Notes: a model not told the origin generated them from the letters alone. Positions 52,158-63,710 are shown, counted from the first letter of the stretch. The stretch is 64,000 nucleotides of DNA from Callorhinchus milii (GCF_018977255.1 NW_024704742.1:92940001-93004000); one strand, 5' to 3'. Made by a program: numbers and translations.

Positions 52158-52840
52158 TTTTTCATTAAATCAAAGCCCCATCTGCTTATTTGGGTGATGT
52201 TAAAGCGCAATTTGAAAAGAGCATAATTTGAAAAGAGAAAGGAGTTCCTCTTATCCTTGGGCCAACAATCCCACAAATAAAAATGTGTACAAACTGGCTG
52301 ATGTGTTTGTTGAAAAAATATTGTCACTATACTTGATCACAATTACCTGTGACACACTTTCAGACATTCTTATGTTTAAAGGCACTATATCTTGTTCTAA
52401 AATTATTGCCAAAAAAAGTTAATTATTTTTTAAGCATTACTCATCATTGTCATCAGTCCAGGAGTTCTTTACAATTGCATTGGCACACAAAGTTGTATCA
52501 TGTGAAAAGTCATCAAATAGCTGTCCACAGGAACAAAGTCCTGTTGGCTTCTGCCAGTCATTCTTCTCAATGAAATGTCACTACACTCATCCCAGCCAAT
52601 AATATTTCTCCCTTGGAAAGAGCATGCCAAAGAAATTAGGCTATTTTAAAAGTTTCAAAAGATTGGCATGCCTTTAAGTGGTACTATTGATGCATTTACT
52701 ACTGTGAAGTGTGATTGAGCAGAAAGGACATCACAGATCAATTTAGTGATAATTCAATATTTATTCTCCCCGGTGCTCAACAGAAAGGTTACCAAACCAA
52801 CTAGCAGTGCTCCTCACTACAAACCATGATCATTGGTCCA

Positions 52841-53065
52841 TAGTTGTGGCCAACCTATGGCCTGTGGGCCAGAAGTGACCAGCGGGAGGCATCAAAAAGC
52901 AGGCCTCCGAACATTTGCACGAGTCTAGGTGAGTCTGTGTTCGATCGGTAACGTGTTTTCATTTTTTTCCTTGATTAAATATTTCTTGATTGATGGCATA
53001 AGTCAAGAAATATTCAATCAAGAGCATTTATTTTGCTGGCTGACCATAAAGGTTGGCCACTGCTG
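52841..53065. mobile_element. hAT-like MITE
   Basis: TIRs tagttgtggccaacct / aggttggccactgctg; second partial copy at 55334-55480 (cagtggtagccaacc...). No matching 8-bp TSD retained. Confidence 0.6.
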
Positions 53066-53469
53066 TTCTATATTGAATTCCCAGTGCAGTTCTAGCGGAT
53101 AGTTGCATTTGTCAGAGACACCATGCTTCAGATGAGACATTAAACCCAGGTCCCATCTGCCTGTTCTGATTGATATTAAAGATCCCATGGAACTAATCAA
53201 AAAGAGAAGGGAGTTTCTTCCAGGATTCTTCAAGGAGTTCTTAATACGATTTCACAGAAAACAAGCTTCAAAGTTAAGGCTGTATTCAACAATTTACCAA
53301 ATTGTGGATGTTCCGAAATGATAGATATAGAGTAAATCTAGATCCAGATAGAATTTCTCCCTCAATTAGGCTAAATGCATATTGCACAGAAGGTCAGCTA
53401 CTACATCACACAAAGGCAGTAAAAGTTGGGAATATGGATCTACTTGGCTCACTCTTGTATACCTCTCTT

Positions 53470-53900
53470 TTTTGGTCAGTGGGTGTCTGATACATGAGGA
53501 AACCCATCACTATGCTTAAGAGAATCCAAACCAAACAGAATTCCATGCATCCCACCTACACATGGACATTCCATAGGTATTTGTTAGAATAGAATGCACA
53601 CTCTCTCGCTGGAGGGACATATCCTGCTTACTTAATTCTGGATATTATTAGGCACAGGTTGGCAAAAGCCAAGGCTTGGGGACCCCAGAGTGCGTTGGGT
53701 TGCCCTGGAGTTCTGTGGACCTGCCTGGCTCAGGAACAGGATTACCAAGACTGCCACAGAGGATGGGCTTCATTCTGACATTTCATTGCTAAACTTCACC
53801 TTGGAGGCAGTTCAGTGCCAAGGAGCTCCCCAAAGATAGCATATCACCCAGCAGTCAACTAAAGAGCTGTGCTGGTAAAATGTTGACAATGAGCCAGCTG
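53470..53900 (+). repeat. Unclassified old dispersed repeat (core ccatcaccatgcttaagagtatccaaacca)
   Basis: Copies at about 2125-2610 (split), 7885-7955, 55185-55265 (-), 58025-58230 plus 58640-58780, and 61550-61620 (-). Confidence 0.7.
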
Positions 53901-54308
53901 GATGCTTGCCTGTTGTTAGTCAGAAAATTGTGTAAGCACAGAGAAACCTATCAGATAAAGAGATGGGGAGAAAGAGAACTAAATTATTAACACTGCTAGA
54001 CTATTTTCTCTTTTAGTTCTATTGAATGATTGCTCTCATGCCCTTGGATATATTCTATGAGATCTATTCTATGTTTTGTTCGCTTGCAAGAACAAAATGT
54101 TGAAAAAAATTGCATTTTACAACACGGTGCTGATTGAAAACTGAGGCTAGTGCCTGCAGAAACAACATAATCCATTAACATTCATGGTATTTAGTTACTG
54201 GGGCATTTTACCATCTTGTGTTTGAAGTGGTCCCAGCACCAGCCTTTGATTATCAATGTTGCATCAGCTTTTGAATATTAGTAAATATACCCAACAATGC
54301 TGTCTTAC

Positions 54309-54364
54309 CATTTTCACTCCACTGAATTGCAACCATTCTTAAGGGAGCCGCTATTTTGCACATG
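54309..54364 (-). pseudogene. Small pseudo-exon candidate (56 bp)
   Basis: Strong splice pair tatttcctcag| ... atg|gtaaga; reads HVQNSGSLKNGCNSVE*K. No recognisable protein motif. Confidence 0.3.
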
Positions 54365-55608
54365 CTGAGGAAATATTTTGTAAAACATAGCCTATTATCC
54401 ATTTCCCCAGTATACTGGATAAAATAGTTGTGGAAAATAAGATAAATCTCACACTAGTTGCTCAAAAGTGCAACGTTTTTCCTACAATAATATTTCTCAT
54501 TATAAAACCACATACAGTATTCCATTATAAAGATGTAGCAAAAGGTGCTGTATTTGTACCATAAAGCCTTCAGGAATTCAAGCGTTCTTCAAAACCTGCT
54601 TTCTATCAGAACATTGTAACACGATTCCTTAAGAAAATTAGGCCACTCCACACTAACGCATTTGAAACCTACATCAAGTGGGACTAATACATGCTCAGTT
54701 TGTTTAGCCCAAAAAATATAATGTTAAAAAGCAGAGTTAAAGTTGCACATGTATTCCAAGTACAATTTTGAGTTGAAAATGTTGCTGGAATTCATCAACT
54801 CTTTGCTTATTCCATACTCTACATTCTGTATTCATCACATCTTTAATTATTCTATACTGGTGGGAAACGGCCGAAATATAACTCAGTTAAGAGATGTGTG
54901 GAGTTGTTGGATAAATCACCAAAACATTTTAACTGGATAATCTGAATAATTTGCTTTAGGTAGTGACAGAAGAGAAGAAATCTCCCTATTTTCCACCACT
55001 GACACTGAAACTCCATTTCAGTTAAAAAAAAGGGTCCTCCAACTTTACCAAACGTTTTTGGTTCAGAAAGTCAGAAAGTTCTCATGTGTCAGAAAGACTA
55101 ATCAAGCTTCCTATATTCCATTCAAGATTTAAAAATCCTCATTTCAGGAATAAGGAGCTGTTCTATCATGTATAGGAGGGATGCTTGGAATTCTCAGTTT
55201 GGTCTGGATACTCTTAAGCATGGTGATGGATTTCCACATGTGTCAGACACTCACCTGACCAAACAAAATCTGTACAGATATGTATGAGAAGAGGAAGCAG
55301 TAATTTCCCTCTGTAATTGTGTGAGTGCCTACACAGTGGTAGCCAACCCATGGCCTGAGGGCCAGAAGTAGCCTGCGGGGGCCGTCAACAAGTGGTCCAC
55401 TGAACATTCGCTTTAGTCTAGGTGAGTCTGTTTTAAATCAGTGTTTTGTTTCCAGTTTTTCTTGATTGCATATTTCTTGATTTACATTAGTAAAAGTTGC
55501 CTTATAGTATTGCCGACAACACACACAATAACTAAGGTACCAATTTAAAGAATCATTGGTTAGATTAATATCAAAAGGTATAGAGAAATAGCGGGAGCAT
55601 GGGACTCA

Positions 55609-55940
55609 ATAATCCTTGTATTTGCATTTGCTATAGCGCCTTATCACGTCTTTGAGACGTCTCAAAGCGCTTCACAGAATGTACTGTAAAGTGAATTAAC
55701 TGTATATTTTGTGGGCGAAACATGGCAGCCATTTGCACACAGCAGTGTCCCACAAACAGTTGGATTGAAGTGAGCAATTTTTTTTCAGAAATTATTACCC
55801 CAGGAAAAGCTATCGGGCCATCGACTAACCACCAGGTTCCTATTTACTGCTAGGTAAACAGAGGCGCGTGGAGTAAGGAATCTAACCCAGGTTCTCTCGC
55901 TTGCGAGGCAAGTGCTCTAACCACTGAGCTATAGGACACC
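55609..55940 (-). mobile_element. tRNA-derived SINE, long subfamily
   Basis: Family match. Confidence 0.85.
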
Positions 55941-56199
55941 CAGGATAGTAGTTCCTGAGAGCAATCACAGGTACGATGAGCCTTCTCTGCTCTAACTGTC
56001 TTTAGGTCTATGGTTCTTCATCATTTTAATAGAAATCATCAGTATGTGATGAAACAACTTCATGACTGAAGCAGTTAAGGGGTATTTGGATAAGAAGGAA
56101 CTTTTAATATGTTTTCTTTCAGGTTTGTGGTATTTTTCTTTTTTTGCATCATATGTAAGAATTCAATCACACCCACATTAATTAATAGAAAGACTTGAC

Positions 56200-57032
56200 C
56201 CAAACTTGGTCTGGTGGGATTTAACAAGCCATAGTTATCGTATTTAACAAATAACTATGAGAATAAGTAACCGCAATGATTAATAGCACTAAAGCCTCAA
56301 ATTATGGGCCAGTTCGATAATCCTGGTTGTCCTCATTTCCCCCTTCTTTTTAAGTGTCTGCCTAAACGCAGCTCTTTATTCCTGAAATAAGAATTCCTAT
56401 CTCGATTGGCACATAGGGAGCCCAGTAAGTTTGCCTTATACATACAAAAGTCTTCAAGGAGCATTGGCTTCCTGGAAAAAATGTTTGTAAACCTTTTGCA
56501 TTGTTTCTAAAGAAACAACAAAATTGGGGTCTAATTTGTGGTATATCTTATTCGAGATTCTTTGCTCCAAAGCAATTTGCTTCCCTGATTTCCCACACTT
56601 GGGTTGAGATGGAAATGCTAATGCGACTCCTTGTTAGCTTTAATTCTTGGCCCGAGTTAACTTTGTTGATCTCAGCCAGTATAACTAACAATAGAAACAC
56701 TACAACTAGTCTCTGTGCCCCTGGGCTAGGGAGGATAAATATCAGTTCAAAATGTTGGTTGTGGTGCAATGATATTCTGGAAAATGAATTTGAATGGGCA
56801 TCAAAACTAACAGGAGGCAACTCAATTGTAATGTTTGGTTCAATACCTACCCTATCATCTCTCACTGGCTAGGCTTACACATAATGATTGGATGAGGTGC
56901 AGTCCTGGAGAACAGCTAGCATCTCACACCATGGGAATCATGTCCGTACTTGATGAAAATAATATCCCTTCAATATTTTCCTTCAAATTAATGCCTTCAG
57001 GGTGGATATCGTAATTTACAGAATACAGGGTA
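56200..57032 (-). pseudogene. Large pseudo-exon candidate (putative disordered-region exon)
   Basis: Acceptor ttcatatccag at 57035-57033. About 800 bp of unique sequence with long open stretches broken by scattered stops (YDIHPEGINLKENIEGILFSSS..., DDRVGIEPNITIELPPVSFDAHSNSFS...). The 3' boundary is uncertain. Confidence 0.35.
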
Positions 57033-57557
57033 CTGGATATGAATTGTAAAATATGTGTTTACTACACCAGATGGTTGCTCTAACCTCTGCCCTTTCTTGA
57101 TTCCACGTTTCCTGTCCACCTTACCTATGTCTTTCTTTAACTCCAAATACAATATTTACATGACTGAATGTATATCGTTAAAGAGTTCAGTCTGAGACTG
57201 CTGCAATATGAACTGCCCACTGAGGTATTGTGTGTATGTGTATGTGGGAGTGGGGGAATCAAGAGGAATTCATATCCTTCTGTGTAAATGAGTTGTAGGT
57301 TGAATTTCCCTCACCCACTCCCCGTCTCCCCCACCATGTAAATCAGACACAGATTGCAAAGTAATGTCTGTGTCCTGGTTACCTCTTTGGTTCCAGAGCA
57401 GAAAACATTGCAACATCACTCATTGCTCTGTGCATATGTTTTCACTTACCAGGGTCGCTGCCATACATTCCACTCAACCTACTTTAAATTACACACACTT
57501 TTACAAATATTCCCTTTTACCCCATTCTCTCCCAATGTTAGGCTCCCTCCCCCCCAC

Positions 57558-57853
57558 CTTCACTTTATTATTCTCCTTATAAGGAGATGTCAATGCAGAC
57601 AGTGTCTTTGCACGCCCTAGGGTTATCCGAAGGCAGCAATCCATCTGTAATAGAAATGGGGCCCCCTCTGCCAGACTTGAATGAGGAAACCAAGTCAAGG
57701 ACGTGGCTTTATGAAAAAGGTGCAATGTTATATAGAGTACTGGGCATCTGGGAGTGAGATTCAAGGTCAGTCGGTGAGCTCAGAGAACATTACAATTGCA
57801 TCAAACACCAATTCACAAGTTCCATCCCCATGACCACAACTGGATGAGGCAAT
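57558..57853 (-). pseudogene. Pseudo-exon, putative first coding exon (DUF4701-like N-terminus)
   Basis: Acceptor atcatcag|ATT GCC TCA TCC (possible decayed ATG GCC TCA, MAS). It reads ELVFDAIV..., then in another frame ITLHLFHKATSLTWFPHSSLAEG, resembling recalled C16orf71 [24 protein letters not shown]. Possible donor aag|gtgggg. Confidence 0.5.
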
Positions 57854-58299
57854 CTGATGATTATAATGATTGAAAGAATATTATTTTAAAATAAATGTCA
57901 TAGATTGTATAGAGATGGGCAAATCCTGCTTTGATCGTGGCTTTGTTCCTATTGAGTCACTTCTGTACATTCTCGAGCACAGACTGTATTTAATGGCACA
58001 CAGTAAAAGCTATTAATTTTCCTTTTGGTTAGCCAGATGTCTAATACATGTAGTAACCCATCACCATGCTTAAGAGTATCTAAACCAGACTGTGATTTCC
58101 ACGTATGCACGCGACCTACACATGGAAATTTCCCTGTGTCTGGAATGGAACATAAACTATCTCTCTAGAGACATGCACCCTACTTACCTAATTCTAGAGA
58201 GTATTAGACACAGCTTGGCAAGAGATAAAGACTGTGGTGCCCAGATCATTGGATGTTTGTGTGTGGAATTTAACTAGCTAAAACTGTGTAGCTTGCCAT

Positions 58300-58528
58300 T
58301 GAAGGCACTACCCTATTTTCTCCTTTGACTTCCTTGCCCTGTCCCCCCTCTCTGTTAGCCCTTAAAAGCGTCTCCTTCCCAACATGCCCCAGTACTGACG
58401 AAGGGTCGTGGACCTGAAATGTTGACTCACTTTCCTTTCTCCATAGATGCTGCCTGACCTGCTGAGTCTTCCCAGCGACTTCTGTTTTTGTTTTCCGATT
58501 TCCAGCATCTGCAGTATTTTGGTTTTTT
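58300..58528 (+). mobile_element. Penelope-like element end with minimal hammerhead ribozyme core
   Basis: CTGACGA (58395-58401), stem aggtc/gacct, GAAA (58416-58419), followed by gatgctgcctgacctgctgag...tttccagcatctgcagt. Confidence 0.7.
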
Positions 58529-59469
58529 TTCTAAACATTAGGGCTTTGACTTGCAGGGTTAACAGGAGCTGAGTGGGTAGAATTCCGCACCTAGTGACTG
58601 GTCTGCCCCTCCAAATCCTGCAATGCTGTGGCTGTGCTGTCATCAGTGGTACTCCAGAGAACTGTGGACCCTCCTGGCTTGGGAATTGGACTACCGAGAC
58701 CACCATAGAGGGCTGACTCCATTCTGACATTCTGTTGCCAGGTGCTCACTTTGGAGCCAGCTGGGCTCCAAGCTTATCACCCTTGAAGCAGACAGTAGCT
58801 ATTAATTGCGGGCCACTGCACTGGCTCATTCAGCTTCTCCAAGTATATCACTAGGCTGTTTTGTTTTAACAGGAACATCATTTCAGTTTGACTGAGAGGC
58901 AAGATCCAAACATGCGGGATGGACCTCCCAAGCCATTGAAGAGCCCTTGTGGGGAAAAGTTCTACTCAGCTCCAGACTTAGGCTTTTTTCTTAGCATTTC
59001 AGAGCACACAACATTTAGACAATTCTTAAGATTCACTCTTAATTTTCATGTCAGTTTTCTGCAGATTTTTTTGAACCAGCTTGAAAATTCGCACTGAATT
59101 TATGAATTGTCCAAAATTCTGTCATTCTGAAATAATAAGAAAAAGTCTATAAGTCTGTACCGAGGTAGAATTTCTGTTTCATCCCCTTCAGTACACTGAC
59201 TGTCTCCAGTACTGTAACCCAGCAGGAGAGAAAGACTTCAGGAGAAGATCCCAACACCAAATTAATTTAGTTATTGAATAATTCCCTAACTTAAGAAATA
59301 AGGAATTGGGCATAATAACTGCCTTGAACCTTGAATATCCACACACTCCATTGAGAACATTATTTGTCAAGTACACGTGCAGAGGTCTAACAGAGGGGAG
59401 TCATTGGATAGTGATCAGGAGTTGAAACTAAAGCTGATTATCATATGCTTCCAAGATGATACCCTCTAA

Positions 59470-59870
59470 ATGTACTCCACTGGCTCCCAAACGGATCGAT
59501 ATTAAGAACCTCACATTTGTCTTCTTTTCATGCCTACCTCTCCGACCTGCTTACATCGCAACTCACTACCCGATGCCTCCGCTTGACTGGTTCCAGCCTC
59601 CTTTTGCCCCTTGTGCCATCCGTTCTACAATCGGTGGCCATGCTTTCAGCTATTACACCACAAAACTCTGAAACACTCTTCCTCTATCCCTCCCCCTTGC
59701 CCCTTCCTTCCCCATCTTCAGGTCATGCCTGAAGGCCTTCCTCTTGTTCTGTGCCTACAATATCCTCCCTCCTCCCCCTGGCTCGGCTTCATGCTCCACC
59801 ATTGTCAATCGCTCTGCGACGCTACCCTGCGTGAGGTGGCACTATATAAATGCAAATTGTTATTGTTATT
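59470..59870 (+). mobile_element. Older L2 3' fragment
   Basis: ctccactggctccc (LHWLP) through gcactatataaatgcaaattgttattg. Confidence 0.75.
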
Positions 59871-61723
59871 GACGATTACTGCTTCCCCAGCTGAGATCAG
59901 CATTTTCTCCTTTTGTGTTAATTTTCTGCCAAAATTTGCACCTCGAGGTAGACTGTTTCTTGGATATCTTGTTTTTATCAGTCAGTCACATAAACATTAT
60001 CCTATAATCTATCTGCAACTTTAAATTGATGTTGAAAAGTTCCTTTCATGCGTTGCTCAATATAATAAATGCTTTGGGTCACACTTTTACATGGGAATCT
60101 GACCCCTTATTCATAATTTATTCATTGACATTGGTGACCTGCCCTATAAACGGCCTTTACTGGGCAGCCTGCTCCTCACAACTTGTCTCCGTGTGCTTAA
60201 TGAAGGAAATACTTGTTTACTGGGGCTTGGGAAAAGGTCTCGTTCTCTTTATTATATGTTAATTGATTATTATTAAAAAAATTACAACTGAAATATATGT
60301 AATTGTGGGATAAGATACTAACTACAATATTCTCTGCATCATTCAATTGAATAAATCCCAGTGTTGGTGCTTTCTCAAAGTGAAAGATGCTGTATAAATG
60401 GAATTTGTTGTTTATTGATATTTGTTGTTGTTAGACTGTAAGTTCGACATAAGTCAATTTGTTATTTGCCCATTTGCTATAACATCCCTACTGTGAAAAA
60501 GGTAGGGAGGGGAAATGGTGCTTGTTCTTTGATGTATTGTGGAAGATAATTATAGTCTGGACTGTCATTGCAGTTTATGTCTTGCCCCCCTGGGGCAAAC
60601 CATCAATAGTCTAGCATCTTGGGACGTCCTCAGTTTATAGCACTTTTACCTCTGAATCAGAAAATTGTGGGTCCAAGTTCTGCCTGGACTTTGAGCTCAG
60701 AGTCTAGGCTGACACTCATACGCAATACTGACAAATACTGCAGTGTCAAACACTCTGTGCTTTGGATGAGATCCAAAGCACTCCTGCTCCTACATGTTAT
60801 GTTATGTTATGAAAGGCGCTATATAAATGTACATTATATTGTATTGCTTCACTTTTTAATAAGAAAATCTACATGTTTAATCCCAATCGTATAGTTTCAA
60901 AATACCTGTGCATTACAGTTCAGAAACAACAGGAAGTCTGGTTAAAAGATTGCCTCCAAATGATATACCTGTTTATTTACTCTAATTCTCTCCATCTTTC
61001 CAGTGAGTGAAACTTGATAATCTCTGAAATGCTATATCACTTTACCCATGTACAACAGCAGGTATATTCCTGTATGTTTATATTAAATTAATCAGTTTTC
61101 AGTTTCAAAATGTTACAATGTCAAGCTTGAAATAGCCCAGTGTGAATAATTAAAAGTTCATGTAATTTCAATCATAAAGTATTGTAGCTCCATTATTTTC
61201 ACCATTAATGCAAATTATAGGCAGGATTCTGTAAATGGTATGAAAGAGCTCAGGGCATATGTGGTGGTATGTAGAAAATCATTAAATCTTTAACAGCTGG
61301 ATATGATTTTAGTGCATCAGAGGGAATGAGAAGGAACACTGAAAAAGAAAAGAATGCATCTCCAGCTCTGCAGAGATAGGTACTCTGTCATTTTTACAGA
61401 TGCCTGGCTCAGTTGGAAGCACTCATGCCTTTGAGTCAAAAGATTTTGAGTTCAAACCCCACATTGGGATTTTGAGCTCATAATCTGGACTCATATACCA
61501 TATTGTTGGGGAGTGCAGCAATATCAGGGATAGCATCCTTTGGATGAGATGGGAATTTCCATGTTTAGGTGGCATGGAAACATTGGTCTGGTTTGGATAC
61601 TCTTAAGCATGGTGATGGGATATTAAACCAAGACCCTGTCTGCCTGTTGAGGTGTTAAAGCTCCAATGACATGAAAAAAGGGAATGTTTTCCAGTGTCCA
61701 GATGAAGTTGGTCATTCACTTCA

Positions 61724-61882
61724 GGTAAAATACTCCGGATGCTGAAAATCTGGTATGAACACAGAATCGCTGGGAACACGCAGCAGGTCAGGCAGCATCC
61801 ATGAAGAGAGAAAAGTTAATTAACGTTGCATCTATGACCTTTCATCATAGACCTGAAACGTTAACTCATTTTCGTCTCTCCA
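61724..61882 (-). mobile_element. Penelope-like fragment with inverted repeat and 15-bp target-site duplication
   Basis: Reverse complement of the 58395-58528 family; TGGTCATTCACTTCA at 61709-61723 and 61883-61897. Confidence 0.75.
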
Positions 61883-63309
61883 TGGTCATTCACTTCATTG
61901 CTGTAAGCAAATTGGCTGCAGTGTTTGCCTAAAAAGTATAGCCAGTACATTTTACAGTAAATTCTGTGAAACACTCTGAGAAGTTTCAACAATATGATTA
62001 AGTGCAAATGCAAGGATTATTAACCCTCACGTGTTCTAGTGATTGTCTGAACTCAGGATGGACGGGTCCTAAGATCATATTCCTCACCACTACTTTGTGG
62101 TTTCTGACCCCCCCTTGACCTGTAAGGGGAAACATACAGCTCATGTCACAAAAACAGTTTTGAATACATTTCCAGAAACATTTCACAATAAACAGGAGGC
62201 AAATATGTGCAAATCTTGCCCAATTATTCAATTTGGCCTCTAGCTGAATAAACTATTTATTTAAAAAAATGTTTGCAGCAAATCATATTTCATTGCTGAG
62301 AGATTTAGATTGTACTGAGCTTCTTGCTGAAAGTCTCTCTGCTGGTTGCTTGTTTTGCTGTTGTTTCTGTGCTTTATTTTGGCTACGGACTTTGTGTCAC
62401 AATCCACAGCTGGATTAGTGGATACTGGCAGTTACCAGACTTATTCGGCTTGTTCAGCAACAGCTTGAACTTCCATAATACCTTTCACAAAAGAGAATAT
62501 CTCACAGCACTTTGCAGAGATGGAGTAGGAACTAAAGCAAGGAGGGAGATAATAGACAGACACTTAAGGTGGCTGAAGGCACAGTCAAAGACAGAGGTTT
62601 TTTTTGGATGAGTTTGAAAGCAGACAGGGTGAGGTGGAGGGAGTCAGGGAGAAAGTTCCAGGAGGCAAAGTGCCTGGAAACTCACCCAACGAATCCTGTA
62701 AAAATGGATGCGAGAATTATCGAAGGTGTTTCCTCACTAGTTCCTGAGAAGGTGCTAAAGGCAATGACTTGGTATCCTTGTGCCAGGTGTGGAGTAAAAC
62801 GTATATGTGACTCGCCCCTGGGAGAGATTTGCAAGCACGCCCTAGAACTGGTACACTTGACTGCTGTGAATTATCTGCAACTGGAACTGGGGATTTTATA
62901 ACAGCAAAAATTGTCTATGCCAGTCAAACCTTCACTTGAGAAATAAATGTAACTCCTGCCTGCTAGACCCTAGCCTGACACATGATCACATGTGTTGTGC
63001 TCATTTTCCTTCTTGCTCGTGAATTAAGTGGTAAATCATCCCTGCAATCACTTCCACTCCCAGCTCGAGCCTGTTCTTGTATGCTAATCTTCGCAAGCTA
63101 AAGTGCAAGTTAGAGCTAGTGGTGTGCTTCACATGGCTCTGCTCCCAGCCCAACCCCACTCAATACTGCACATGTCTGTCAATATTTTGTGGTACATGTA
63201 TGACAATTATTGGAAGAATAATCCCAATTAACAATATTAGGATTTTTTTCAGCATTAGATTTTACAAATGGAAAAGTAGGATTTTATGAAGCTTTACTTT
63301 CTATATTGT

Positions 63310-63710
63310 AATTATAATAATCTTTGATGCTGCACCTTTCACCTCAGTGTATTCACTGTACTTTTTCAATGTATTGGCAAATGTATTAATCATCTTGCTC
63401 ACAGCAATGTCCCATAACCAACCATGAAGTAATTTTTTTTTGTGTGGGTGATTGTTGGCCAGGACAGCGGGAGAAACTCCCTTCTCTATTTGAATAATGC
63501 TATGGAATCTTTAATGTCAACCTGAACAACAGGCTTATGGGAACTTATTCCAACATCTCATCTGAAGGACAGTACCTCTGATAATGCAACCCCCACCCCC
63601 CCACCACCACCATACTGCATTGGAGTGCAAGCATGGACTGTATCACAATATGGGGCATAACCTTCTGACTCAGAGACAAGCGTGCTACCAACTAATCCAG
63701 GCTGACACCC
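63310..63710 (-). mobile_element. Older Deu-domain SINE
   Basis: Reverse-complement copy ending ...ccaggctgacac. Confidence 0.7.

Larger units (their letters stand above)
3083..57853 (-). pseudogene. DNAAF8: Multi-exon, heavily decayed pseudogene resembling DNAAF8/C16orf71/Daap1 (DUF4701 N-terminus, disordered region, NDK-like repeats)
   Basis: About 19 unique minus-strand segments with pyrimidine-AG acceptors and often GT donors. Broken translations give motifs in the order I recall for Daap1/C16orf71: (I/M)ASS..LHLFHK..SLAE; FIHLR; LLPSQLKKAS; RFL..W.SQL; KGELLMVS..GFQL*GFKR; ICLALL..CFH..VPY..SFISAVNLENV; YWKRNL..VC..F**KNVV..LKFL; QRGF..SVGLLH; LEIFFP; PVKVL..N..ML; HASKD..LQQSLCDSSIH. 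AATAAA follows the last stop. Identity is from memory of the homologue, not a search. Confidence 0.6.

Noticed and set aside
56501..56872. 123-aa plus-strand ORF
   Set aside because: No ATG start and no recognisable motif; antisense to the large pseudo-exon candidate.
62324..62611. ORF with a hydrophobic, signal-peptide-like start
   Set aside because: Starts at TTG and runs into a decayed L2 tail; no splice or homology support.
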